From positions 209,228-273,227 of the forward strand of contig JACRPM010000006.1 in NCBI GenBank assembly GCA_016223205.1: a stretch of 64,000 bases of DNA, given 5' to 3'. Of the stretch, positions 39,542 through 50,000 are shown in pieces. How positions within the stretch are numbered: the stretch's first letter is position 1; every line of letters begins with the position of its first letter. The DNA is from Candidatus Saganbacteria bacterium (GTDB taxonomy: Bacteria; Margulisbacteria; WOR-1; XYC2-FULL-46-14; WPAF01). Position numbers and translations under genes: made by a program. The notes beneath the pieces are model-generated. The model was not told the origin of the DNA and ran no database searches. It worked only from the letters and a program-made list of their open reading frames with translations.

Positions 39542-41382
39542 CCAAGCTCCTCGAAACGCTTAATCTGCCGGAGGGCTTACGGGCGCTTTCGGCCAAACAA
39601 TTGGACCAGGTAGCGGCCGAGGTCCGTGAAAAAATAATCGAAGTCACCTCGAAAACCGGAGGCCATGTGGCCTCAAGCTTAGGCGCGGTCGAGATCGCCG
39701 TGGCCCTGCATGCCGCTTTCCGCTCCCCCAAAGATAAAATATTGTGGGATGTGGGCCATCAGGCCTATGCCCACAAGATCTTGACCGGCCGCCTCAAGGA
39801 ATTCTCGACGCTTAGGCAATATAAGGGCTTGAGCGGGTTTCCCAACATCAACGAAAGCCCGCACGACCAGTTCACGGTCGGGCATGCTTCAACCTCCATT
39901 TCCCAGGCGTTGGGTTTGGCGTGGGCCGGGGAGCTTGACGGTGAAAAACGATCGGTTGTGGCGGTGATCGGCGACGGCTCCCTTTCGGGCGGCCTTTCTT
40001 TTGAAGGCGTGAACAACCTGGACGGATTAAAGAACAACCTCATCGTGATCCTAAACGACAACGAAATGTCGATCTCCAAGAATGTGGGGGCTATCGCCAA
40101 TTATTTGACCCAATTCACGACTTCCGGGGCCTACTCGGACTTGCGCGATCGTATCGAGAAGGTGGTAAAACGCATTCCGCGCTACGGGGTCTCGCTTTTT
40201 GAGGCGGCCCGCCGTCTTAAGGACCGCACCAAGCATATCGTACTCGACTTCAAGGTGGATGTGATCTTTGAGGAGCTGGGCTTTAAATATTTCGGCCCGA
40301 TCGACGGGCACAACATACCGCTCATCATGAGCACGTTGGAACATGCCAAAGAAATCCCGGGCGGCGTGCTGATCCATGTACTGACCAAAAAAGGCAAGGG
40401 TTATAAACCGGCCGAGCAAGATCCCACCCGTTTCCACGGCACCGGGCCGTATGATATCGCGACCGGAAAGCCGACAAACGGCGGAAGTAAATCCTTAACC
40501 TACACCCAGGTCTTCGGCCGAACCATGGTCCGCCTGGCGGAGGAAAATCCCAAGCTCGTGGCGGTCACGGCGGCCATGATCGACGGCACCGGGCTTGAGG
40601 AATTCGCCCAGGGCAATCCCACCCGCTTTTTTGACGTCGGCATTGCCGAGGAGCATGCAGTCACCTTCGCGGGAGCCCTGGCCAAGGGCGGGTTCCGGCC
40701 GGTAGTGGCCGTCTATTCCACTTTCCTCCAGCGGGCATACGATGAGATCATCCACGATGTCTGCCTGCAGAACCTGCCGGTGGTGTTTGCCATCGATAGG
40801 GCAGGGATCGTGGGAGAAGACGGGGCCACGCACAACGGCATTTTTGATCTGGCTTATCTGCGTACGATCCCCAACCTAACGGTCATGGCCCCAAGTGACG
40901 ATCTGGAACTGGACGAAATGCTTGAATATGCGGTCAAACAGCCCGGCCCGGTCGCGATCAGGTATCCCCGGGGGATTGCCCCGAACAGGGAGAAAGTAGA
41001 AAATAGAAAATTGAAAATGGAAAATAGGATCGCTATCGTTGCAATTGGATCCATGGTCTCTCCCGCCAGAGAAGCTGCCCAAAAGCTGGGCAATGCCAAA
41101 GTCATCAACGCCCGGTTCATCAAGCCGCTCGACGAAAAGCTGATACTGGAGGCCGCCGGATCGGCCGACCTCGTGGTTACGGTCGAAGAAGGAACGCTTA
41201 ACGGGGGGTTCGGGTCGGCGGTTTTAGAGTTGCTTGCCGATAAGGGAATAAATAAGCAAGTTAAAAGGTTGGGATTGCCGGATGCATTCATTGAGCATGG
41301 GAAAAGAGAGGAAATATTGGACCTTTACGGATTAACCTCGGATAAGATCTATCAAAGCATATCGAGGGATCTCAACCGCTGA
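39538..41382 (+). CDS. dxs: 1-deoxy-D-xylulose-5-phosphate synthase
   Basis: TPP-binding GDGSLSGG...NDNEMSIS; transketolase-like pyrimidine and C-terminal domains. Linker after RYPRG is encoded by a heptamer repeat (REKVENRKLKMEN). Confidence 0.9.
   Translation: MTKLLETLNLPEGLRALSAKQLDQVAAEVREKIIEVTSKTGGHVASSLGAVEIAVALHAAFRSPKDKILWDVGHQAYAHKILTGRLKEFSTLRQYKGLSGFPNINESPHDQFTVGHASTSISQALGLAWAGELDGEKRSVVAVIGDGSLSGGLSFEGVNNLDGLKNNLIVILNDNEMSISKNVGAIANYLTQFTTSGAYSDLRDRIEKVVKRIPRYGVSLFEAARRLKDRTKHIVLDFKVDVIFEELGFKYFGPIDGHNIPLIMSTLEHAKEIPGGVLIHVLTKKGKGYKPAEQDPTRFHGTGPYDIATGKPTNGGSKSLTYTQVFGRTMVRLAEENPKLVAVTAAMIDGTGLEEFAQGNPTRFFDVGIAEEHAVTFAGALAKGGFRPVVAVYSTFLQRAYDEIIHDVCLQNLPVVFAIDRAGIVGEDGATHNGIFDLAYLRTIPNLTVMAPSDDLELDEMLEYAVKQPGPVAIRYPRGIAPNREKVENRKLKMENRIAIVAIGSMVSPAREAAQKLGNAKVINARFIKPLDEKLILEAAGSADLVVTVEEGTLNGGFGSAVLELLADKGINKQVKRLGLPDAFIEHGKREEILDLYGLTSDKIYQSISRDLNR
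40992..41026 (+). repeat. Imperfect tandem heptanucleotide repeat GAAAGTA GAAAATA GAAAATT GAAAATG GAAAATA followed by GG, in-frame inside dxs
   Basis: 5 x 7 bp = 35 bp, same architecture as the GAACACA repeats at 7611-7645 and 14962-14989. Confidence 0.8.
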
Positions 41383-42155
41383 CGGATCTTCCGCAGAGTA
41401 TCGGCTTTGATCTGCCGCGCACGCTCCCGGCATACATTATTTTGAGCGCCCGCTTCTTTCAAGGTCAAATCATCATCCATACACAGGTTTAGAAATATTT
41501 CCAGATTACGAGGTGTTAGCTTGCCTTCAGCGACCAATTGACGCAAAATCTTTTCAATCACCTTCATATCGTGGAATAATTCAAAGCCTTCAAAATCCTC
41601 CAATAAGCGGGGATCGATCGCCTCGATCTTTTTACCTTCGCCTTCTTCATTTTTCCGGACTTCATCCAGCGATCGTTCAACCCGAGGCAAACCTTTGATC
41701 TGTGCAACTTTTTCGATAGGCAGACCGGATGCTGCCGCCAATTCTTCGAGCGTCGGATCGCACTCCATTTGGGCGGCCAATTCTTTTTCGGTCCTTCTTA
41801 AACTTTTTGCCTGGTCCAGCATATGGTTGGGCACTCTTATCGCTTTATTATCTTTTAAAGACCGAACAATTCTATTTCTGATCCACCAAGTGACATAGGT
41901 AGATAATTTATTGCCGCGGGAGGCCTCGAATTTTTCTATGCCTATCAGCAGTCCGATCTGGCCCTCCTGGGCAAGGTCAAGCAAGCCGCCGCCGTAAGCG
42001 TTTCGATAACTATTGGCTTTTTTATAAACCAGCCCCTGGTTCTGGACCGCCGTCCGGTTCCTTTGCTCGATACGGTCGGGTTCGATCTGTGAGATTATTC
42101 GTTTAACTTCACGTATTCGAGTAAAAAGCGGCCGGTGGAAGGATCCGATATTCAT
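41352..42155 (-). CDS. Sigma-70 family RNA polymerase sigma factor (group 3-like, regions 2-4)
   Basis: Region 2 DLAQEGQIGLLIGIEKF...TYVTWWIRNRI; region 4 HTH at C-terminus; 267 aa; 31-bp overlap with dxs 3' end (convergent). Confidence 0.75.
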   Translation of the reverse strand: MNIGSFHRPLFTRIREVKRIISQIEPDRIEQRNRTAVQNQGLVYKKANSYRNAYGGGLLDLAQEGQIGLLIGIEKFEASRGNKLSTYVTWWIRNRIVRSLKDNKAIRVPNHMLDQAKSLRRTEKELAAQMECDPTLEELAAASGLPIEKVAQIKGLPRVERSLDEVRKNEEGEGKKIEAIDPRLLEDFEGFELFHDMKVIEKILRQLVAEGKLTPRNLEIFLNLCMDDDLTLKEAGAQNNVCRERARQIKADTLRKIRQRLRSLDML

Positions 42156-42940
42156 GAAAATATCGCGCCGTTAAGCCGCAAGTTGATAAGTCTAAGGGCT
42201 TTTTGGATGATAAGACTGATTCCCGCTCTGGTCAGGCAATGATCCCGCCCGATCTCTTCCATGCTCAAGGGCCTTTTACCGTGCGCCAGATACCTTTCTA
42301 ATATCGCCAAATTCCGCTTGGTTAACCTGCCTTCTTCCACCAGCTGATTTCCGGCTGAAATTATCTTCTCTTGCAGGTCGCGCCGGATGCAGATATCCTC
42401 GGGGGTTTCCACTCCGTTTAACTCCACACTCTCCAGCGGCACTCCCTGGTATTGGCGGGTGATATCGACCGATTTGACGAAAATGCGATCATCGATCTCA
42501 TCCAGCTGACGATCGTCGTATTTGTGCGCCCGGCTGCGGCCCATCCTGAAGTTTCCCACGATCAAGCCATCGAGCCGCCCTTGTTTGGCCATGTAGTTTA
42601 TTTTATAAGAGACCGTTCCCAGGCGGCTCGCCAGCTGGCCGGTAGAAAGCTCATGCGGCCCAAGGTGCGGGGATCGGGAAACCAAGATCTTCCTAAGTTT
42701 GGGGAGGTCGGATTTGCGAAAAACAGGAGACGGTTTTCCCTGAAGCGTGATCTCGCGCCTGACAAAGCGTTTATAAAACTTCCGGTTGCGCAAGGCCATC
42801 CGAATGGTTAATAAGTTAACCCTGGTATAACGCGCCAGCAGGGTGGTTGAAAGTTCGTCCGCCGCCAGATATTTTAAACCTCCCTGGTTTGCCCGGTGTA
42901 ATCCTAAAAGTTCCCGGCGAGTATTTGCAGTTAATGACAT
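42152..42940 (-). CDS. Sigma-70 region-4-like HTH protein (sigma-factor-like, no clear region 2)
   Basis: C-terminal LTKRNLAILERYLAHGKRPLSMEEIGRDHCLTRAGISLIIQKALRLI resembles region 4 of the adjacent sigma factor; 4-bp overlap with it. Confidence 0.45.
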   Translation of the reverse strand: MSLTANTRRELLGLHRANQGGLKYLAADELSTTLLARYTRVNLLTIRMALRNRKFYKRFVRREITLQGKPSPVFRKSDLPKLRKILVSRSPHLGPHELSTGQLASRLGTVSYKINYMAKQGRLDGLIVGNFRMGRSRAHKYDDRQLDEIDDRIFVKSVDITRQYQGVPLESVELNGVETPEDICIRRDLQEKIISAGNQLVEEGRLTKRNLAILERYLAHGKRPLSMEEIGRDHCLTRAGISLIIQKALRLINLRLNGAIFS

Positions 42941-43003
42941 GGTAATAGTATCTCTTAAGAAACCGGCGGAAATTTCACTCCAAATATGATAATATTCATA
43001 AAA

Positions 43004-44569
43004 ATGAAGACCGATATCGAGATTGCGCAGGAAGCTAAATTAAAACAGATCGCCGACATCGCCAAACGAGCCGGGATACGCTTGGCCGATGTGGAACTGC
43101 ACGGCTGTTTTAAGGCCAAGATCAGCTTGAATGCCCTCAAGCGGGCAAAAAAGAAAAAAGAGGGAAAGCTGATCCTGGTTACCACCATGACTCCCACCGC
43201 CCAGGGGGAAGGCAAGACCACCACTACCATTGGATTGGCTCAAGCCCTCAACAAATTGGGTAAATCCGCTTTTGTCTGTATCCGGGAGCCGTCACTGGGG
43301 CCGGTGATGGGGCTAAAGGGCGGGGCGGCGGGGGGAGGATACGCGCAGGTGCTCCCTATGGATGACATCAACCTGCATTTGACCGGCGACATGCACATGA
43401 TCACCTCGGCCCATAATCTGTTGACCGCTATGGTCTATAACCATATTTATCAAGGTAACGAGTTGGGGATCGATGAGAGCCGCATCGTCTGGAAGCGGGT
43501 CATGGATATGAACGACCGCTCCCTGCGCGGGACTTTCGACATCACTGCTTCATCCGAAGTAATGGCGATCCTCTGTCTTTCGAAAAATATCACCGACATG
43601 AAGGAACGGCTGGGACGGATAGTGGTTGCCTATAACAAAAATGGGAGGCCCATCCAGGCGGCCGATCTTAAAGCCCAGGGGGCTATGGCGTTGCTGATGT
43701 GGCACGCTCTCAAACCCAATCTGGTTCAGACGCTGGAGGGTGGTCCGGCTTTCATCCATGGGGGGCCATTTGCCAATATCGCCCACGGCTGTAATTCCCT
43801 GGTCGCGACGGAACTGGCGCTCCAGCTTTCGGATTTTGTGGTGACCGAAGCCGGGTTCGGCTCGGACCTGGGAGCGGAAAAATTCTTCGATATCAAATGC
43901 CGGATTGGAGGGCTAAAGCCCTCCGCTACAGTGCTCGTGGTCACCCGCCAGGCGATAGACCGGCACGGTTATGATAACGTGGCCAAGCATATTGAAAACA
44001 TTCAACTTTTTGGCGTGCCGCTGGTCATAGCGGTCAATCGCAAAGAGAACGATCCCGACGAAGAGATCAGGTATATTGTTAAGCAATGTGAGAAGTTCAG
44101 CGTGCCGACAGTAATTAGTGAGGTATGGGGTAGGGGTGGCGTCGGGGGGCGCGAGCTCGGAAATCAGGTTATCCGGGTATCCGGTGATCGGGGGAAGTTC
44201 AAATTGCTTTATGGTTTAAAAGAATCGCTGAAAGATAAAATTGAAAAAATAGCGGTACAGATCTACGGAGCGAACGGGGTAAACTGGACGGATAAGGCCA
44301 ATAGCGACTTGGAGATCATGGAAGGTATCGGCATGACCAATGTGCCGGTCTGCATCGCCAAGACCCAGTATTCGCTTACCGACGATCCCAAGATCTACGG
44401 ACGTCCCAAGAGTTTCAAGATAACCGTCCGCGAGCTCAAGCCCTCGGCGGGAGCGGGCTTTGTGGTGGCTTTTACCGGCGACATCATGACCATGCCGGGT
44501 TTGCCCAAGCATCCGGCCGCGGAGAACATGGATATTTCGGAGAGCGGGAGGATTAAAGGATTGTTTTAA
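43004..44569 (+). CDS. fhs: Formate--tetrahydrofolate ligase
   Basis: [20 protein letters not shown]-loop signature; start taken at MKTDIEI (ORF opens at 42986). Confidence 0.9.
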   Translation: MKTDIEIAQEAKLKQIADIAKRAGIRLADVELHGCFKAKISLNALKRAKKKKEGKLILVTTMTPTAQGEGKTTTTIGLAQALNKLGKSAFVCIREPSLGPVMGLKGGAAGGGYAQVLPMDDINLHLTGDMHMITSAHNLLTAMVYNHIYQGNELGIDESRIVWKRVMDMNDRSLRGTFDITASSEVMAILCLSKNITDMKERLGRIVVAYNKNGRPIQAADLKAQGAMALLMWHALKPNLVQTLEGGPAFIHGGPFANIAHGCNSLVATELALQLSDFVVTEAGFGSDLGAEKFFDIKCRIGGLKPSATVLVVTRQAIDRHGYDNVAKHIENIQLFGVPLVIAVNRKENDPDEEIRYIVKQCEKFSVPTVISEVWGRGGVGGRELGNQVIRVSGDRGKFKLLYGLKESLKDKIEKIAVQIYGANGVNWTDKANSDLEIMEGIGMTNVPVCIAKTQYSLTDDPKIYGRPKSFKITVRELKPSAGAGFVVAFTGDIMTMPGLPKHPAAENMDISESGRIKGLF

Positions 44570-44625
44570 CCCCCTCTCTTTCTCCCCCTTAGCAAGGGGG
44601 AGATGTCCGAAGGACAGAGGGGGTA
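44570..44625 (+). promoter_or_regulatory. Nested GC-rich stem-loop element between fhs and folE (outer 9-bp stem enclosing a perfect 10-bp/3-nt hairpin and a small gtcc/ggac hairpin)
   Basis: accccctct(44570-78)...tctccccctt(44582-91) agc aagggggaga(44595-604) tgtccgaaggac agagggggt(44617-25). No U-tract after it; followed by SD aaagagga and folE ATG. Confidence 0.4.
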
Positions 44626-44636
44626 AAGAGGATCTA

Positions 44637-45197
44637 ATGACAAACCTAAAGAAGATCGAAAAAGCGGTAAAAGAAATACTGATCGCCATCGGCGAAGACC
44701 CGAAGCGGGAAGGGCTCAAAGATACGCCTAAACGGGTAGCGAAGATGTACGCCGAGATCTTTTCGGGGCTCAAGACCGATCCCGCCAAAGTGATCACGCT
44801 CTTCAAACAGGCCGAACACGAAGAAATGGTGATGGTGAAGGACATCCCGTTCTATTCCGTTTGCGAGCACCATCTCATCCCCTTTATCGGCAAGGCCCAC
44901 GTGGTCTATATCCCCAAGGCCGGACGCGTTACCGGGCTTTCGAAATTGGTAAGGGTGATCGAAGGATTCGCCAAGCGGCCCCAGGTGCAGGAAAAACTCA
45001 CCACCCAGATCGCCGACACCTTAATGGCCCGCTTGCGGCCGCAAGGAGTTTTGGTTATAATCGAAGCCGAACATTTGTGCATGTCGATGCGGGGGGTGAA
45101 AAAACCCGGTTCCCTGACCGTTACCTCCGCGGTTAGAGGCGTGTTTGAAAAGAACGCTACCACCAGAATGGAGGCCCTGGAATTAATAAAAAGATAG
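44637..45197 (+). CDS. folE: GTP cyclohydrolase I
   Basis: [12 protein letters not shown] zinc-binding motif; 186 aa. Confidence 0.9.
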   Translation: MTNLKKIEKAVKEILIAIGEDPKREGLKDTPKRVAKMYAEIFSGLKTDPAKVITLFKQAEHEEMVMVKDIPFYSVCEHHLIPFIGKAHVVYIPKAGRVTGLSKLVRVIEGFAKRPQVQEKLTTQIADTLMARLRPQGVLVIIEAEHLCMSMRGVKKPGSLTVTSAVRGVFEKNATTRMEALELIKR

Positions 45198-45283
45198 CGA
45201 TAATCCTGTTCGGTCTTTTTATTTTTGCTAACATTTCCTCGGCGGAAGATGTTACCACCGCGATCGATCCCACCCGCCTGGCC

Positions 45284-47014
45284 ATGGGTGCGCGGCCGTT
45301 GGCGTTGGGGCGGGCTTTCCTGGGGGAATCCGACGACGTGACCTCCATCTTTTCCAATCCCGCCGCTTTGGGCACCCTAAAAAATTGGCAAGCAACATCT
45401 CTGACGGGAAAATTCCTGAACGAAGTTGAATATGTCACCGGCGCTTATGCTTTCCCCACGGCCTACGGGACTTTCGGCATCGGCTATGTGGGCAGCGGCC
45501 TGGGAATTACCGCGCCGATCGCCACCCTTGAGGTGATAGACGGGGAATACCGCATCGTTCCATCATCCACCGAAGCCAGCTTTAATTATGTAACCCGCAC
45601 GGTTTTGCTTTCCTGGGCTAAAAAGCTCACCGCAAATATTTACGGCGCGGCCAATCTTAAGGTGCTTTTCACTTCGCTTACGGGATATCAAACCAGCAAC
45701 GCCGATTCCGCCAGCGGGCAACAGTTGGACCTTTCGCTTTTTTACAATCCCGAACGTTTCTATACCCTGGGATTGAACTGGCAAAACGTCCTGCCCGCAA
45801 GTTGGGGGGGGTTAACCTACGGCGACGGCTACCGCGAACCCCTGGGCCAGCTGGTAAAAGTTGGGACTAAGGTCTCACTGTTGGGAGATCGCTTAGCCCT
45901 GCGCGAACATAAGCAGTTCAAGCTCAATTTACTGTTGGACGCCGATGTTTCGTATGCCAGCCGGGTGATCCCCACCTTATTCCATACCGGATTGGAATTT
46001 TTCCCCACCCCCATATTGGCCCTGCGGGCGGGCGTGGACCAGGATTTTGTGGGGCCGGGGCAGATCGCCAATAATCTTACCGCCGGATTAGGATTTACCA
46101 CAGGGGGGGTCAAGTTCGATTACGCTTACCATCAATATAGCGAGCTCGCCAGCAATACCACCCACTATTTCTCCCTGGGATTCTCTCCGGAGTTAAGATA
46201 TCCACGGCCCTTTACCGTGGAGCAGCCCCCCAACCGTTTTATTTCATACGAAGATAAAATGCTGGTCGTCGGGAGAGTGGAAGACCTCGCCAATGTCCGG
46301 GTCTTAAAGATCGATAATGTCGAGGTAATGCCCGAAAGCGGCGGGCGCTTCGATTTTTATGCGCCGCTCAACCTTAAGCTGAACCTGATCACCCTGGAGG
46401 CCTTTGATAAGAACGGGAGGCTTTTAGGCAAACAGGAACTCAAAGGCCTGCGGCTTTTGACTTTTCGGGACCTCGATCCGGTGTATTTCGCCAAACTGCC
46501 CATAGAATATCTGGCGACGCTGGGGATCGTGACCGGCTATCCGGACGGGGCCTTCGAGCCGGGCGGCAAGGTCACCCGCGCCGAGATGTCGGCCCTGCTT
46601 ATCAGGGCCCAGGGAACACCCGAAGGAGAATCCTCTTCTGATTTTATTGATCTCAATAGAGATTACTGGGCTTACCAATACGTCAGCCGGGCGGCGGAGG
46701 AGGGGATCGTCAAAGGGTATCCCGATCAGACCTTCCGTCCCCAGGGCCAAATAACCCGCGCCGAAGGCGTGGCAATGATAGTAAGATATGCTAGAATACC
46801 GCACGGTCGGGTATATGAGCTTCCTTATAGCGATGTCCATGGAAGGCATTGGGCGATAGGGGAGATCACGGCGGCCAAGGAGATGGGTTTGCTTAAATAT
46901 CTGGGCGATGGTCCTTTCGAACCCGACCAGCCCTTGACCCGCGGAGAGGTAGCCGAGATGTTGTATCAAACCGATTATGTTAAACAGGAGATCAAAAAGT
47001 TATGGGGGGATTAA
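45284..47014 (+). CDS. Secreted/outer-membrane beta-barrel-like protein with three C-terminal SLH domains. True N-terminus probably upstream: an in-frame signal-peptide-like [19 protein letters not shown] at 45188-45244 without a canonical start.
   Basis: N-terminal ~300 aa with alternating amphipathic beta-strand pattern ending ...THYFSLGF. Three SLH repeats: YFAKLPIEYLATLGIVTGYPDGAFEPGGKVTRAEMSALL, YWAYQYVSRAAEEGIVKGYPDQTFRPQGQITRAEGVAMIV, HWAIGEITAAKEMGLLKYLGDGPFEPDQPLTRGEVAEML. Confidence 0.65.
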   Translation: MGARPLALGRAFLGESDDVTSIFSNPAALGTLKNWQATSLTGKFLNEVEYVTGAYAFPTAYGTFGIGYVGSGLGITAPIATLEVIDGEYRIVPSSTEASFNYVTRTVLLSWAKKLTANIYGAANLKVLFTSLTGYQTSNADSASGQQLDLSLFYNPERFYTLGLNWQNVLPASWGGLTYGDGYREPLGQLVKVGTKVSLLGDRLALREHKQFKLNLLLDADVSYASRVIPTLFHTGLEFFPTPILALRAGVDQDFVGPGQIANNLTAGLGFTTGGVKFDYAYHQYSELASNTTHYFSLGFSPELRYPRPFTVEQPPNRFISYEDKMLVVGRVEDLANVRVLKIDNVEVMPESGGRFDFYAPLNLKLNLITLEAFDKNGRLLGKQELKGLRLLTFRDLDPVYFAKLPIEYLATLGIVTGYPDGAFEPGGKVTRAEMSALLIRAQGTPEGESSSDFIDLNRDYWAYQYVSRAAEEGIVKGYPDQTFRPQGQITRAEGVAMIVRYARIPHGRVYELPYSDVHGRHWAIGEITAAKEMGLLKYLGDGPFEPDQPLTRGEVAEMLYQTDYVKQEIKKLWGD

Positions 47015-47015
47015 G

Positions 47016-50000
47016 ATGAAAAAGTTTATCTGGGTTTTGGTTATTGTATCTTGGTCATTGGTGATTGTCCTGCCAAAGGCGGGAGAGGCGGTATTGGCAA
47101 GGGGAATGACGGCTGCGGGTGTGACCATAAACAATACCCAGGGGGTTGCCGCCCAGCAGTATCCCAATATTATTGCGGACGGCGCCGGCAACACCATCGT
47201 GGCCTGGCATGATTATAAGTCGGGCATCGCCGCGCTCTATGCTCAAAGTTATGATGGCTCCGGAAATGCCCGCTGGTCTCCAGCCGCGGGAGTTCCCATC
47301 TGCACGGTAACCAATTTTTTTGGTACGATGATAGCCCTCGACAGCAACGCGCTGGCTTTCCATATGGTATCTGATGGGTCCGGAGGTGCGATCATCGCCT
47401 GGAACGACTACCGAACCGACGGCACGACTTCTCATGTTTATGCTCAGAGGATCAACAGCAGCGGCGTCGTACAGTGGACAGCGAACGGGAAACTAGTTTG
47501 CGATGCCGCGAATGGTCAGAGCTTGAATTCCATGGATATCGACGGCTCCGGCGGGGCCCTGCTGGCTTGGACCGACCTGCGCAATTTTGTCAACGGTTCC
47601 GACATCTATGTTCAAAGAATAGGAGGCAGCGACGGAGCGTCCCAATGGACGATCAACGGAGTGCAGGTTTATGATAATACAGCGCTGGGCGTGGGCGCCA
47701 ACCGTCCATCTATTATCAACAATGGTGGAGGGGCGATCGTTACCTGGGATGACAATCGGGCCAGCCCGTCTTATTATGGGATCTACGCGCAAAAGCTCAA
47801 CGCTAATGGGGGAGCAGTGGCGTGGGCCGCCAACGGAGTTGCGGTTCAGGTTAACGACACCGGCAGCGCCGTCAATCCCAAAATAGTTACAGACAACTCC
47901 GGGGGCGCCGTGATCGCCTGGTGGGATGAGCGTGTTAATCCGGGAGCTTCCCAATATGATGTTTTTTCGCAAAGGATCAACGCTTCGGGAGAAAAGGTTT
48001 GGACAACCCAGGGTGTCACCCTTTGCCTTCAATCCGACTATTCCGATAATAGCGTGGATATGGCCATAGTAACTGATACCGTAAATGGGGCAATTGTTTC
48101 CTGGCCGGACATGCGCAACGTGGGCGGAGGATACCGGATCTACGCGCAAAGAGTGGTGGCCAATGGAGGCGTCTCTTGGACTGCGGATGGCGTTGCGGTT
48201 AATACACTGCTCAACAACGATTCCAGTACTCGTCCCCGTATGGTAGCCGACGGTTCGGGGGGCGCCTATATAGCCACCTCCAATTATGGTTCGGGTGGCA
48301 CCCTCGATATCAGAGTCCACCGTATAAATTCAAGCGGGGAAACACCGGTGGGTTGGGCCGACGGAAAAGCGGTCAATGATACAGCTACGGTAGATGAGAG
48401 GAATCCGCGAGTCGCCTATGACACCATCAACGGCGTGGTGGTCGTGGTTTGGATGAATCAGGCGAATGATACCCGGGGCGATATTTGGGGACAGGCCCTA
48501 TCTTCGGGTGGAGCCTACGGCTGGGGCACTACCACCGGCAAAGAATTGATAGCCACCACCGGCGCCGCGACCCAAAGATATCCGGCGGTGGCGAGCGATG
48601 GAGCGGGGGGTGGTGTAACGGTCTGGGAAGACCAGCGTTCCGTCGATTATTACCAGATCTATTCCCAAAGGTTCAACAGCTCCGGCTCGGTCTTATGGGC
48701 GGCGGACGGGGTCCGTCTGGATAATACAGTACAGGATAACCTGCGTCCCTCGGTCTGCCGCACCTCCGACGGATATTACATAATGGCGTGGACCTCCGGT
48801 TCGACCATCTATGTGCAAAAAGTGAATTCTGATGGAACGGCGCAATGGGCGGCGGGCGGAGTAGCGGTTGCCAGTACTTTCGGTTCCGGATTTTATTATC
48901 CGGTGGTGGCTTCCGATGGCGCGGGCGGGGTGTTACTGGCTTATTCTGTTGGGGTGTCGGGAGCGGTCACCAAAACCAGCGCTAAACTGGGTGATCGGTT
49001 ATGGGCTTCTGCGTACTTGTCCGATATTTCTGAAGGGGAACTGCCTGATCTAAATGGGATTCTTTATGCAAAAGGCGATGGCGGGGGCGGGGGAGGGGGC
49101 GCAGGCACATTTCGTGTTTATTACAAACGTATCGCATCAGACGGCAGCATCGTAACCCCTTATGGAGGCGCAGTCCAGAATGCCACGTCTCTAGGTGTTT
49201 TGGCCACAACTTATCACGATGCGGTCAATGGGGAGATACAGCTCTGGCCGTCCATTGCAAAAGTGGATTCAACCAATGTTGTGATCACCTGGGATGACCG
49301 GCGGACGGTTGGTTCCGCCGCCTGGTATATTTATGCTCAAAAAGTGCTGATAGCCGACGGCATGAGGCAATGGACCGATGACGCCGTGGCGGTTACCTCG
49401 CCCGGTGGAACCGTAGCTACCTATTATCCCTGGATCGGGAGCAACGGGACCGATGGGACGGCGGTGGTAGCCTGGATGCAGAGCGCCACCAACGCGGCTG
49501 GATATAATTATAATATCCTGGCGAATAAATTGAGCAGCGCCGGGGCTTTGAACTGGTCTTCGGGGATAAATGTAGCGGCGGACGGGACACTCGATGAGAT
49601 CCGGCCCAAAGTTGCGGTCGATTCCTCCGGCAATTCCTTCTTCGTTTGGCAGGAAGGAACCTGGACCAGCGCCGATACACTGAATGCTTCAACCCTGCAT
49701 CCCAACGCCCCCACCATGAGCAACGGCGCCATCTACTCGCAACTGGTTGATTCTTCGGGTGCGCTTTCGGGCGCAAAATTCCAGGTCTCATCCTCGGCTG
49801 TCAATTTAAATTACGAAGCTCCGGACGTTACTACCACCAGCACCGCCGGAACCGATATCGTGGTTTATGACGCGGATATCTATGCCCAATCGGTAACTGG
49901 GGTGTCGGTCGCGGTAACTCCCACCGCGCCTACCGGTTTTTCCGGCACGGCTCAATCTTCCAGTTCCATACTATGGAGTTGGACGGACAATGCCAACAAC

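Noticed and set aside
42986-43003. Six-codon N-terminal extension of fhs (MIIFIK)
   Set aside because: Typical FTHFS N-terminus begins MKTDIEIAQ; the extension is probably not translated.
46977-47015. Upstream ATG for the propeller protein
   Set aside because: Overlaps the SLH gene; ATG 47016 is followed by a textbook signal peptide and preceded by an SD.
49075-49100. G-rich run ggcgggggcgggggagggggcgc as a possible repeat or G-quadruplex
   Set aside because: Simply encodes a Gly run (GDGGGGGGGAG) inside the propeller protein; not periodic beyond that.
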